A stretch of DNA of 64,000 bases. Origin: Caecitellus pseudoparvulus. Taxonomy: Eukaryota; Protista; Bigyra: Bicosoecida. Position 1 is the first letter of the stretch. Every line of letters begins with the position of its first letter. The stretch is taken from positions 62,001 through 126,000 of the forward strand of contig CBFFRQ010000212.1 in the NCBI GenBank assembly GCA_965644315.1, read 5' to 3'. Below, one piece after another: positions 30,978-41,180 of this stretch. Below the pieces are notes generated by a model. It ran no database searches, was not told where the DNA came from, and saw only the letters and a list, made by a program, of their open reading frames with translations. A program made the translations under genes and the position numbers.

Positions 30978-32114
30978 ATGTTAAATTCTACAATGTATCA
31001 AGAAGATAAAAATATTTATTATAATATTGATATTATCAACGGAAGAAGCACGAGCCAAGGTAAGATTAACGACCCTATAGCCAGTTTTAGTGAAACAAGA
31101 GACGTGCCTTTAATTAATGATGCTAGTAAATATAAAATGTCTATTATTCGTTTTACTATGAACGGTATTAATGATTTACCTTTATTTATTCCAGTAATTG
31201 AAGAAGGACAAACAAACCCTAATAAAACCGTTTATAAAATCACAGTTAAATATAATCATATAGGCGGGAACGAATACGAATACACACAGCCCGTAATATG
31301 GGAAAGCAACGATTCAAGCTTATCAGCACCTTCAAATTTTGAAACACAAGGACAAGACGCATCTCAAGAATATTACTACTGCCACACATACGACCATTTT
31401 ATAAAATTAGTAAATACAGCTATCACATATTCTATAACTCAACTAAACGCATTAATAAAAGTTGATTATCCAGCATTTACAGATTTAATAAGCCCTTTTA
31501 TAGTATATAATAACGCAAATAAAAAATTTGATATTTACTACCCCGCAGATAATGACGGCGGTTTCTCGTTCTTTTTTAATTCAAATTTATATAATTTATT
31601 ATCACATTATCCCCACGAATACAACGATTTAGACGAAACTAAACAATATAGAATTATCCCCCGTAATTATCAGGGTTTAAACTCTATCACATTAAACAGC
31701 GTAGATTATATTAAAATAGAACAAGAAGCCATAAGCCTTGGCACATATTGGAGCCCTATATCTTCTATTGTTTTTACGTCTTCTTTACTTCCTATTATTT
31801 CTGAGGGTGTTTCTCAGCCTGTGAAATTTGGTAATTCTAACAATGCTAATGCCGTTTCTTCAGTTTCTAGTTTTGAACCTATTATTACTGATATTAGCTT
31901 AACTCTAGACGATGCCTATAACTATAAGGACTTTTTATCATATATCCCGGGTGCTGAGTATCGCTTCGTATCTCTTACAAATTCTAAACAACCTATAAGA
32001 AATATTAACATTAATATTTATTGGAAATATAGATTAACGGGGCAATTAGTGCCTTTAAAATTATCTAATTTATCAAATGTATCTATGAAATTTTTATTTC
32101 AGCCTAAATATTAA
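30978..32114 (+). CDS. Virophage minor capsid protein (penton)
   Basis: YYNIDI.N, F.ETR..P, SIIRF, LP.FIP, SIVFTS..LP, IITD, YIP.AEYR; directly upstream of the MCP. Confidence 0.9.
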   Translation: MLNSTMYQEDKNIYYNIDIINGRSTSQGKINDPIASFSETRDVPLINDASKYKMSIIRFTMNGINDLPLFIPVIEEGQTNPNKTVYKITVKYNHIGGNEYEYTQPVIWESNDSSLSAPSNFETQGQDASQEYYYCHTYDHFIKLVNTAITYSITQLNALIKVDYPAFTDLISPFIVYNNANKKFDIYYPADNDGGFSFFFNSNLYNLLSHYPHEYNDLDETKQYRIIPRNYQGLNSITLNSVDYIKIEQEAISLGTYWSPISSIVFTSSLLPIISEGVSQPVKFGNSNNANAVSSVSSFEPIITDISLTLDDAYNYKDFLSYIPGAEYRFVSLTNSKQPIRNININIYWKYRLTGQLVPLKLSNLSNVSMKFLFQPKY

Positions 32115-32205
32115 AAATATCTAGTTTAATTTTTTTTAAGAATGCGTGATTTTTTAAAAAAAATATAAGGGTTTATTTTTAAAAATATTTTCTAAATTAT
32201 ATTAT

Positions 32206-34038
32206 ATGTCTAGTATTGAAAAAATTAAATTAATTGATAGCCGCATCGTTCAACCTCAAGCTCGCTACAGCGTTGTTGCCGGTGCTGTTTCTACGTCAAA
32301 CGTTCAATTTAGCTCCTCAACTGCTAATACTACAGGGGCTTCTTGGAATATTACAACACCTAACCAGCAATCATTTATGGACCGTGTCCTGCCTGTTTCT
32401 ACTGATATTTACGGTAAAATTACTGCTGTATTAACTAAAACAAGTGCCGGTCCTGGTGATATCCCCGCCACTTTTGCTCAAAAAGAAATTTTAAATTTTG
32501 GCGATGATGTCGCCCCCTGTGCTTATCCTTTTCAAAGTTCAATGAGCACAATTGTAGCAAACATTAATAATGCTTCTTCTTCTGTTAATGCTTCTGATAT
32601 AATGAATGAAGTTCAAAGAATTGTAAAAACTAAAGATAGCCACAAAGCAAGAACCACACCCACTATGCTTGATAGATACGTCGATTATAATACAACAAGA
32701 ACCCTTCAAAATTCAGTATTGAAAGGATATAATACAGCCTTCAATAATGATAATTGGAGCAACGGGGCTTTTACTGGCTTTGATTGGATGGATGCTAATG
32801 GAAATGTTCTAAATTCAGCACCTACCTGGCCTGCTACTGGTGGCGGAAACGCTCAAAGCTGGAGTGTTGATGCTTACTTTAGATTAAGAGTGACTGAAAA
32901 TTTAATGGTCCCCCCTTTTATTTTCAATGAATCACAAGAAGACCACGTGGGCTTATATGGTATTAACAATATTAAAATTCAAATGACTGTTGGTGATGTT
33001 TCAAGAATGTTAAGATTTGCTACAACCCGTCTTGCTCTAACAAATTATAATGTTAATTTTACAACTTCTTTATATGGTAATGAACCCTTTAAAAATGCCG
33101 TTGTAAATTGTACTTTTAGAACTCCAAGTTTAAGCATTCCTTTGCCTTCTCGTTCAATCGTGCCTTATATGGAGTATCCCCGCTATATTACAACTACTGG
33201 GGCTAATATTGCTAATGGTTCAAGTGCTTCTTTAACAAGTCAGACAATTACACTCAGTCAAATTCCTGATTTACTCTTAATTTATGCTAAGCCTAATTTA
33301 TCAGGTGTCAATAATAAAGGCGATCATTATTTACCAATTAAAAAGATTTCAATGAATTTTATGAATGTAGCCGGTATTTTATCAAGTCATACTAAAGAGC
33401 AATTATTCCACATTTCACAAAATAACGGCTTAGATATGAACTGGAACGAATACTGCGGCGAAGCCTGGACCGACCAAATTGCAACCGCAGCTACTGGCGG
33501 TATTCCTGCTTCTAATGGTAAAGTTTCATTATGTGGCGGTTATCTAGTGTTGAGACCTGGGGTCGACTTTGCTCTACCTGCTGGCGTTGCTCCTGGTTGT
33601 GGTGGTAATTACAATCTTCAATATTCAGTTGAAGTAGAAAATAAAAGCGGTTCTGCCGTTCAATCTCCCACATTATACACAATGGCTGTAAATAGTGGCT
33701 TTTTCGTGAGTGAAAACGGTCAATCAGCAATTACAACAGCACCCCTTAACGAACAAGACGTTATCCAAGCACCCGTTGAAGGAGACACGATGTCATTAAA
33801 ACGATATGTTGGGGGTAGTTTTTGGGATAAAGTAAATTCAGGCTTAAAAAAAATTAAAAATCACGACGCATATAAAGCAGCATCAAAACTTGGTAAAAGT
33901 GCTTTACGTGATGTAGGTATGGAAGGAAAAGTAGCAGCCGACGTATTAGATAAATTAGGACTTGGGGTAAATACAGGAGGTGGAAAAACTACAGGTGGAA
34001 GACGTAAAAAGAATAACCTTCAAAATTTATTAAGTTAA
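32206..34038 (+). CDS. Virophage major capsid protein
   Basis: 610 aa; PPFIF, LYGIN, QIPDLL.IYA, LPI..IS.NF.N..GILS motifs; Gly-rich basic C-terminal extension. Confidence 0.92.
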   Translation: MSSIEKIKLIDSRIVQPQARYSVVAGAVSTSNVQFSSSTANTTGASWNITTPNQQSFMDRVLPVSTDIYGKITAVLTKTSAGPGDIPATFAQKEILNFGDDVAPCAYPFQSSMSTIVANINNASSSVNASDIMNEVQRIVKTKDSHKARTTPTMLDRYVDYNTTRTLQNSVLKGYNTAFNNDNWSNGAFTGFDWMDANGNVLNSAPTWPATGGGNAQSWSVDAYFRLRVTENLMVPPFIFNESQEDHVGLYGINNIKIQMTVGDVSRMLRFATTRLALTNYNVNFTTSLYGNEPFKNAVVNCTFRTPSLSIPLPSRSIVPYMEYPRYITTTGANIANGSSASLTSQTITLSQIPDLLLIYAKPNLSGVNNKGDHYLPIKKISMNFMNVAGILSSHTKEQLFHISQNNGLDMNWNEYCGEAWTDQIATAATGGIPASNGKVSLCGGYLVLRPGVDFALPAGVAPGCGGNYNLQYSVEVENKSGSAVQSPTLYTMAVNSGFFVSENGQSAITTAPLNEQDVIQAPVEGDTMSLKRYVGGSFWDKVNSGLKKIKNHDAYKAASKLGKSALRDVGMEGKVAADVLDKLGLGVNTGGGKTTGGRRKKNNLQNLLS

Positions 34039-34103
34039 ATAATTTAATTTATTGTTTAAGAAATATTAAATAATAAAAAAAATAATATATATTATATTAA
34101 TAT

Positions 34104-36005
34104 ATGTATAATAATGCAAAATATCAATATGAAATGAATAAATTAGAAGTGTATAGTGAACCAGAAACAGTTGAAAACGTGGCAAGATTAAAAGAAGCTA
34201 TTAATTTTTTTTCAACTGCGGGGACTGCTTACGGAACTCAAGATACTATCAACGCAAATACTGCTTATAAAGCTATGTTCTTTTCTCAACCTCTAAAAGA
34301 TGTTTTAAAAGTTCCAGATGATAAGGGCACATATTCACGATTAAGCTTAAATTATTATTGCGAAATTGAAACAACACTAAACGAACAATTAAATTTAAAT
34401 GTCAGGTTAGATTATTACGATAAAGACGAAAATTATATTTCATCTAGTAATGAAGCCGATATTTTAAACACCGACCATTTAATAGATATTCAAATAGTAG
34501 GGGACGCCTTACAATTTCCAGCGAATACAAAATATATTTATTTGGCAGCTAAAAATAACGCAAACTTTAACACCACATTTAAATTTAAACACGCAACGGC
34601 TAAAACTTCAACAGCTCAAGAAGTATTATTAGCAGACCCGCCCACTAATTCAAATCGTTTATTTGTAATACTCGGCAATAGTAATCAAGGCACTCCTGCT
34701 CCAATTCCTCCATCTAATCCATCATATGAAACCGTCACCCTTGATAAAGCCTCTAACCCTTCTTTAATCTTTGATAATGGTTCATCAACAATGGATTTAA
34801 CATATAATAGCGATGATGAATTAAATATTAACGGAAATTTAGGATTTGGAGGGACTGAAGTTTTACTAAATCAAGACGATAATAATAAAATTTTAACTTT
34901 ATCAGCTAAAAACGCCTCAACCGCTCAATTTAGAATTGGAAATGACCCAAATAAACAATTAACTTATTTTTATGAAACAGGGGCAATTTATCTGAGTCCT
35001 AGTTGTCGTATTTTTCAAACTGACACAGCTTTTAATGATGATTGTTTAACCAATAAAAAATATGTTGATGATGAAATAACTAATAAATGCGTCCAACTTA
35101 CAGGAAATCAAAGCATAGCAGGAAATAAGACATTTTCAGGAATTACAAGCATAGAAGCTTTGCTAGATATGAATAATAATAAAATTGAAAATGTAGCAAC
35201 ACCAACTATAGGAACTGATGGAGCTAATAAAGCTTATGTTGATAGTGTTGCAGGTGGTAGCAACTTCACAAATAATATAAATTTGAACGGTAATGATATT
35301 GAAGACGTTGGAGAAATTCAAGCCGATAAATTAACGCTTATTCGTCCTGATGGTTCGTTAGAATCATATTGGATAGAACAATTAAGCAACGAAACACGAT
35401 ATGTTAATATGTCAGGTGGTAGCTCTTCAGAACACGCCTTTTTCTGTAATAATTTAGGTGGAGCGGTTCAGCGTTTCTCAGTTTCTAATACAGAAATTAA
35501 AACAAGCGTTAAATTAGATATGGGTAATAGGAATATTGAATGGTTAAAGGATGGAACAACACAATATCACGCCATAAATTACGGGCAATTATTAGCAAGA
35601 ACAGCAAATTTTCAAAGTTATAAAATAGCTCTTAATGATGTTTTCACCGCTAACACCTGGAAAACATTTGTTATGGATACTGTTATCCCTGTTGAATCAT
35701 ACCAAACAGGAACTTATATTTTATCTGCTACTATAAATTTAGTAATAGACGGACCAGGACAAACAACAGCCGTTGTATTTGGTAGATTAACTACCCCTGC
35801 TTCTGCTTCTGGTGTTGATACAACTATAGGGCGTATATTTATGGAGGCTGAGGCATCTAAAAATTACGGACAAATTACATTAAGCAAGGTTATGTCTGTA
35901 TCTTCAGCAGGTAATTTTCCCACTTGGAATGTATCAGTCAAAAGTGATATAAACGAAAATATAGACGTTGAAATAACATATAAAATGGATAGAATATCAA
36001 ATTAA
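34104..36005 (+). CDS. Fiber/spike-like protein
   Basis: NK.YVD, GNQSIAGNKTFS and MNNNKIENVATP stalk motifs, homologous to 12055..14499. Confidence 0.72.
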   Translation: MYNNAKYQYEMNKLEVYSEPETVENVARLKEAINFFSTAGTAYGTQDTINANTAYKAMFFSQPLKDVLKVPDDKGTYSRLSLNYYCEIETTLNEQLNLNVRLDYYDKDENYISSSNEADILNTDHLIDIQIVGDALQFPANTKYIYLAAKNNANFNTTFKFKHATAKTSTAQEVLLADPPTNSNRLFVILGNSNQGTPAPIPPSNPSYETVTLDKASNPSLIFDNGSSTMDLTYNSDDELNINGNLGFGGTEVLLNQDDNNKILTLSAKNASTAQFRIGNDPNKQLTYFYETGAIYLSPSCRIFQTDTAFNDDCLTNKKYVDDEITNKCVQLTGNQSIAGNKTFSGITSIEALLDMNNNKIENVATPTIGTDGANKAYVDSVAGGSNFTNNINLNGNDIEDVGEIQADKLTLIRPDGSLESYWIEQLSNETRYVNMSGGSSSEHAFFCNNLGGAVQRFSVSNTEIKTSVKLDMGNRNIEWLKDGTTQYHAINYGQLLARTANFQSYKIALNDVFTANTWKTFVMDTVIPVESYQTGTYILSATINLVIDGPGQTTAVVFGRLTTPASASGVDTTIGRIFMEAEASKNYGQITLSKVMSVSSAGNFPTWNVSVKSDINENIDVEITYKMDRISN

Positions 36006-36023
36006 ATTATATATATTTTTATA

Positions 36024-36296
36024 ATGATTATTGATATTAAGAAAAGTAATAGAAAAAATAAACGTTTTATGGCTTTATTTGATGATGGAACAAAAACACA
36101 TTTTGGATATGATGGAGGTAAAACATATATAGACCATAAAAATAAAAAAAAGCGTGATAATTACAGAAAAAGACACGAAAAGGATTTATTAACATATGAC
36201 CCTAAAAGAGCCGGTTATTTATCCTATTTTTTATTATGGGGTAATGATGATAATTTAAAAGATGCCGTTGAAACATATAATAAAATGTTTTTTTAA
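36024..36296 (+). CDS. Small basic viral protein (DUF5754-like)
   Basis: KS.RKNKRFMA...THFG...Y.DH...KR.NY..RH...AG.LS..LLW. Confidence 0.78.
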   Translation: MIIDIKKSNRKNKRFMALFDDGTKTHFGYDGGKTYIDHKNKKKRDNYRKRHEKDLLTYDPKRAGYLSYFLLWGNDDNLKDAVETYNKMFF

Positions 36297-36331
36297 TTTT
36301 TTTAAATATTTTTTTTCTCTAGGTTTTTAAT

Positions 36332-37156
36332 ATGGATAGATTCATTTTTAATTATAATGGTAATAAATATCTAGAAACAAAGAAATATTTAAATGATTTT
36401 GTTGAAAATTCTAATTTTGATTATATTGCTGAACCTTGTGCCGGTATTTTTGGATTTAGTAGATATTATTTTTTAAAACATAAAGATAATGATAATATTA
36501 AATTTTTAATTAATGATATTGACCCACGTATAATTAAATTTTATAATGATTTAAAAAATGATTTTGACGGAACATTAAATTATATTATTGATTATAAAAA
36601 TAAATTATATGATGAATTAGAACTAAGCAAAGAAACAGACGATAAAAAATTAACTCAATATTTAAGAAAAAAAGAAAATAAAATAAAATATGAAAATTAT
36701 TTATTAAAATTAATATCTTCTAAATGTCTTGGTATTTGTGGAATTGATAAATTTGAAACAAAAATAAACAATTTCTTAAAAAAGAAAGACGATTATATTA
36801 AAATGTTTTCAAAATGTGAATTTTCTAATTTAGAACTTAACGATTTTTTAAAACAAACTAAAAAGAAATATAAAAATAAAAAAATATTATATTATTTTGA
36901 CCCCCCTTATTTTAATTCTTGTAATACTGAATACGCATACACTTTCAAAGGAAAAGATAAAAAAATAAAATATACTGACGGGACAACTATCTATTTAGAT
37001 ATATATAAATTTATGAATGATAATAAAAATTGTTTATTTGTTATGAATAAAATTGACGTTTTAAATTACATTTTTAAAAAATTCTATTATGAAGAATACG
37101 GGGGAATTTATCAAATTAATAAAAATAAAAAAGTTCATATTATATATAAATCATAA
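36332..37156 (+). CDS. DNA adenine methyltransferase (D12/Dam class)
   Basis: Y.G.K, EPCAG, INDID, YFDPPY. Confidence 0.85.
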   Translation: MDRFIFNYNGNKYLETKKYLNDFVENSNFDYIAEPCAGIFGFSRYYFLKHKDNDNIKFLINDIDPRIIKFYNDLKNDFDGTLNYIIDYKNKLYDELELSKETDDKKLTQYLRKKENKIKYENYLLKLISSKCLGICGIDKFETKINNFLKKKDDYIKMFSKCEFSNLELNDFLKQTKKKYKNKKILYYFDPPYFNSCNTEYAYTFKGKDKKIKYTDGTTIYLDIYKFMNDNKNCLFVMNKIDVLNYIFKKFYYEEYGGIYQINKNKKVHIIYKS

Positions 37157-37215
37157 AGATAAATAAATTATTAAAGACAGGTAAATAAAAAAATAAAAAA
37201 TCTCTAGTATAATAT

Positions 37216-37779
37216 ATGAATTTAGAAACAGGATTAATGGTAGGCGGCGCCCTAGTATCTTTAGGCGTTAAAAGCTCTTATAATTGTTGGAAAAATGGAA
37301 GAGCTAAAAAATTTAAAGCAGTAAAATTTGGGGCTGTCGTGATGAGCTCTAAAACTGGCAAATCGAAAATGTGTAGTCAACTTAAAGGAAATAATAAAGT
37401 TCTTTTAGTAGATGTTGGCGAAAGTGTGCCACGTGAAAACTCAGTAAATTCTAACGTAAATTATTTAGTAAAAGCTAAAGAATATGTTAATAAACTTAGA
37501 AAAGATTTAAAAGACCACTCATTATTATTAGTTGTTTCTTCTATTGATGAGGCTAAATTTCTTGGTGTTGAAGATAAAGCAATCGTATGCTTAACCCCTT
37601 CGAATGATTTATTTAGAAAAATCACGCAAAATATCCCCGCTGATGAATTAAAAAAAGTTGAATCTAACAGATTAGAATTAATCAGCAGCTGCGGTCAAGA
37701 TTTATTAAATATCTTTTCTTCTTATGATGAATTATATAATGTTATTAAAGCTACTTTCAAATTATCAAATAAATTTTAG
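37216..37779 (+). CDS. Putative membrane-anchored degenerate P-loop protein
   Basis: N-terminal hydrophobic segment; MSSKTGKS and LLVD. Confidence 0.45.
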   Translation: MNLETGLMVGGALVSLGVKSSYNCWKNGRAKKFKAVKFGAVVMSSKTGKSKMCSQLKGNNKVLLVDVGESVPRENSVNSNVNYLVKAKEYVNKLRKDLKDHSLLLVVSSIDEAKFLGVEDKAIVCLTPSNDLFRKITQNIPADELKKVESNRLELISSCGQDLLNIFSSYDELYNVIKATFKLSNKF

Positions 37780-37812
37780 ACCTAATAAAAATATATTCTA
37801 AGATGTTATAAT

Positions 37813-38031
37813 ATGGTTAATGTATGGATTCAAGCATTAAAAGAATATAATAAAGGTAATGGTGCCTGGTGTCTCCCAAGAAAAGGAACTAAAGAATATG
37901 AAAAAGTAAGGCAAATTATGGACGCTCTCAAAGGTGTTAAAACAAATCAAAAACAAAAAGAAGAGACAAATAATAAAACGCCTAGTAAAGGAAGAATGGA
38001 ATATTTAAAAAAGCTAAAAGACAAGGTCTAA
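37813..38031 (+). CDS. Small basic protein (W..ALK..N...PxKGxKEY family)
   Basis: Homologous to 15685..15813; TCTA upstream. Confidence 0.75.
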   Translation: MVNVWIQALKEYNKGNGAWCLPRKGTKEYEKVRQIMDALKGVKTNQKQKEETNNKTPSKGRMEYLKKLKDKV

Positions 38032-38075
38032 TTAATGAACTTGACGATTTTTTAACAAGTGCTAGATACCATTTT

Positions 38076-38279
38076 ATGAGTAAGCAGTCATTATATAAAG
38101 CACTAAAACAAATATTAAGCATAATTGATATCTACGGAGACGCCGGACCAACTGAAGGAGCACTAAAAACCGAGTATAACAACGCATTTAATAAAATTAA
38201 CGAACAAATATCAAAAATTAAAGGTGAGAGAAATAAACAAAAAGGAAAAGAAATTATTAATTCTATTCTACAAGTTTAA
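38076..38279 (+). CDS. Hypothetical protein
   Basis: Short ORF. Confidence 0.45.
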   Translation: MSKQSLYKALKQILSIIDIYGDAGPTEGALKTEYNNAFNKINEQISKIKGERNKQKGKEIINSILQV

Positions 38280-38313
38280 ATATATTTTTACACTGTCTAT
38301 AAAAATATATTTA
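38277..38313. terminator. Hairpin between convergent transcription units
   Basis: 14-bp arms taaatatattttta / taaaaatatattta with a 9-nt loop, overlapping both stop codons. Confidence 0.55.
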
Positions 38314-38760
38314 TATTTTAATCTTTTCAATTGGTTTTAGTTCTGTTATGGGTATTTCTAAATGAAGTTTATTTATATCTCTGTCAAATCTTTGAATAAA
38401 TCTTTTTTTGAATGTATCAAATAATTTTGATTTATACTTAATGTAATATAAACCATTTGTGAAATTGAATAAAAAATAAAAACGTTTCTTAGGATGTTGT
38501 AATTTAGCAGCTTTTATATGTCTTATCTTTTCTATATTTATTATTGTTGTTGAGTATTTATCATATGTATTATTTCTGCTTTTCAATTCTATATTATATT
38601 TTTCGTCTTGGGTTGTAAAATCAAAAGGAGAATATAAACTTTTAGTTTTGTAAAATGTGTGTTTGGTTGTTTTGTTTATTGTTTCTAATACTTGAACTTC
38701 TTTTTCTAAACCCTCTTTTAAACTTTTTTCAATGCTCCTTAAATCACGGTGAGACTTCAT
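38311..38760 (-). CDS. PD-(D/E)xK-family nuclease
   Basis: E..V ... YSPFDF ... IELKSR. Confidence 0.75.
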   Translation of the reverse strand: MKSHRDLRSIEKSLKEGLEKEVQVLETINKTTKHTFYKTKSLYSPFDFTTQDEKYNIELKSRNNTYDKYSTTIINIEKIRHIKAAKLQHPKKRFYFLFNFTNGLYYIKYKSKLFDTFKKRFIQRFDRDINKLHLEIPITELKPIEKIKI

Positions 38761-39845
38761 TATAAAGCCCTAGAAAATATATTTAATGATTTATTTTTTT
38801 CTAGAGTTTTTTTATACTTTTTCACTAAATCAGGAACCTGAGAATTTATGCGCCGGGCTAGTTCATATGTTTGCTTTTTGTATCCCTTCCATTTTATACG
38901 ATAATATTTTTTATTCTTTATCTTCTTCTCTCCTGTTATTTTTTCTACTTCATATCGTTTATTATCTTCTATTTCTTCTGGTTTATCTTGTTCTTTTGGA
39001 TTATATAAAAGTTGATTTCGTGTGTATCCTGTATTATCTATACCTTCAATCGTATATATTGGCGGTTGTCCTGGTGTAATTAGAACACCGTCTATTTTTC
39101 TTAAATTGTTTTCATATCTAAAATCACCCGTTCTAAATGTTCCGTGTAATCTTTGACCGTCTATATTTTGTGGATAATCTAAAATGATTTTTACTAAATC
39201 GCCACGTTTCAATATGTCTTTTGGTATATGTGGCATTTTGAAAAATTCTTTAATTCCTATTTTTGGTCGTTTTAAAATTATTTCATTATATAATTTCATT
39301 ATTTCTGGTATAGTTTCTACCCATTCTTTATTTTCTTGTTTATGGATTAGCTCAAAGTTTTTTTGCTTTAGTGCTATGATACGCCCTAACGTTTTATTTA
39401 ATGCTTCAACGACTGCTGTTTGCCTATGTCTTGCAACTCTTGAATTTTTCAACGTTGCATTATCTGAACTCTCAAAATATTTTTTAACATATCCTTTAAA
39501 TTCTTTGCCATCATCTGTTTTAAATATCACGGATGGAGGATTTAAATATTTTCGTTTCCATATTCTCTTTAACGCTTTTAATACGGTTTTGCTTTCTTTA
39601 TTTTTTAATGGCTCAGCGTCTGCGGCTTTTGTTGCTACATCAATAATAACTAGTAAATATTTATAGCCTTTATCCTCGGGTAAATATAACAAATCACCTT
39701 GTTGAATACTATCTTTAATTAATGCTTTATGTTTTGGTATCTCTTCGCCTTTGTCTTTCTTTGGAGGTTTGGTTAATGTTGTTAATTCTGATTTTTTAGA
39801 ATCTTTAAAAATTTTCAATTCTTCCAAAATCTTATCTGATATCAT
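38760..39845 (-). CDS. rve integrase with C-terminal chromodomain
   Basis: QGDL, IDVATK, TDDGKEF, VEALNKTL; YEVEKI...YRIKWKGY. Confidence 0.92.
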   Translation of the reverse strand: MISDKILEELKIFKDSKKSELTTLTKPPKKDKGEEIPKHKALIKDSIQQGDLLYLPEDKGYKYLLVIIDVATKAADAEPLKNKESKTVLKALKRIWKRKYLNPPSVIFKTDDGKEFKGYVKKYFESSDNATLKNSRVARHRQTAVVEALNKTLGRIIALKQKNFELIHKQENKEWVETIPEIMKLYNEIILKRPKIGIKEFFKMPHIPKDILKRGDLVKIILDYPQNIDGQRLHGTFRTGDFRYENNLRKIDGVLITPGQPPIYTIEGIDNTGYTRNQLLYNPKEQDKPEEIEDNKRYEVEKITGEKKIKNKKYYRIKWKGYKKQTYELARRINSQVPDLVKKYKKTLEKNKSLNIFSRAL

Positions 39846-39878
39846 TAATAATATATAGATTAATATATTATTAGTAAT

Positions 39879-40436
39879 TTAAAATTTATGGTCTGGATAT
39901 TCCTCTTTTAAGTATTTAATTAAATCTTCTTTTGTTTCATATCTTGTATAAAATCCGTTATTTTTAATTCTGGTTATCATTTTAATAAAAAACTCATCTT
40001 TTAATAATTCTTTTAATTCATAAGATACCGTTTTTATATTCTTTGGTAGCTTGGGTAATATCTGAGATTTTAAAATATAATGTTGTTGAACGAAAGCCTC
40101 CGGACAATTTGTCCCGAGTGTATCAATAATAAACTGCCGCTTGGGTAAATCATCAATATATAAATTTATAACTTCTAATAAATCTATTAATTGTTCGAAG
40201 GTTTTAATTTTATTTTTAATATCTTCTGTTTCTGCTTCAACTTCTAATTTAACTTTTTCTAAATTCTCTAATTTGGTTTCTTTTCTGATTTTTATAGATG
40301 GTTCATTAAATATTGAGTAATAAAAGAAATACGAATAATCCTCAATTTTACAAAATTTATTTATTAATGAGTGATAAGAGTTTAACTCCCTCTTATGAAT
40401 GCTTAATAATGTCTTTAGACTTTTTAAAGTTGTCAT
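39879..40436 (-). CDS. Hypothetical protein
   Basis: 185-aa ORF with TCTA 10 nt upstream. Confidence 0.65.
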   Translation of the reverse strand: MTTLKSLKTLLSIHKRELNSYHSLINKFCKIEDYSYFFYYSIFNEPSIKIRKETKLENLEKVKLEVEAETEDIKNKIKTFEQLIDLLEVINLYIDDLPKRQFIIDTLGTNCPEAFVQQHYILKSQILPKLPKNIKTVSYELKELLKDEFFIKMITRIKNNGFYTRYETKEDLIKYLKEEYPDHKF

Positions 40437-40617
40437 TATATAAATTTAGAATATTTATTTTTTAAATTATTTTTTAAATTTAAATAAATTAGTTTTAAGA
40501 AATATATTTTCTCTAGATTATTATATATATCAAGATGTAATTTTTATAGTGCATTAAATCAACGTTGTATCATAAGCCATAATATCCATTTTTTATAAGT
40601 ATTAAATAATATAATAT

Positions 40618-41154
40618 TTATAAAAAATCATCTTTTGAGACTGTTTCAAATAATCCTAATCTTTCGGCATTGTCTGGATGATATACAACCGTTATTAATT
40701 CATCTAAAACATTTTTATATTTTACTTTGTGTTTTTCTTTATGTCTTAGAATTTTTATATATTCTTTTAATGTATTTGAAGACCATTTAAAATTATCAAA
40801 TATTTCTATTAAATCATAAAAAAAAATGTTTTCTCTTTCTATTCCTTCGGCACTCCATTCCTTATCGGGATATTTAAAAAGCCAATCAATAGTAAAATTT
40901 TTAAATTTATGAAATATCTTAAAATTTAAATTACCATCATTATATTTATCTATTAGTTCTATTGTTAATCCTGATTTTTTTATATCCTTAATATCTTCAA
41001 TTGTAATTTTTGAATTATCAGCCCCTTCTAATTTTGTAATTTCAATAAATTTCTCTCTTACGCATTCTATATTACCACAACAACTTAATAAAATATCATC
41101 TTCTATATTATCACAGGTTATTATATCATAATATAAATAAAAATCAATATTCAT
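40618..41154 (-). CDS. YPDK-repeat family protein (paralog C, divergent)
   Basis: KYPDKEW and the shared tail VYHPDNAERLGLFETVSKDDF. Confidence 0.75.
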   Translation of the reverse strand: MNIDFYLYYDIITCDNIEDDILLSCCGNIECVREKFIEITKLEGADNSKITIEDIKDIKKSGLTIELIDKYNDGNLNFKIFHKFKNFTIDWLFKYPDKEWSAEGIERENIFFYDLIEIFDNFKWSSNTLKEYIKILRHKEKHKVKYKNVLDELITVVYHPDNAERLGLFETVSKDDFL

Positions 41155-41180
41155 TATAGACCTATATAAAATAAAAATCT

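Noticed and set aside
185-39666. Antisense ORFs within viral genes (e.g. 28820..29350, 39184..39666, 13011..13331)
   Set aside because: They overlap well-supported genes and have the composition expected of reverse-strand shadows.
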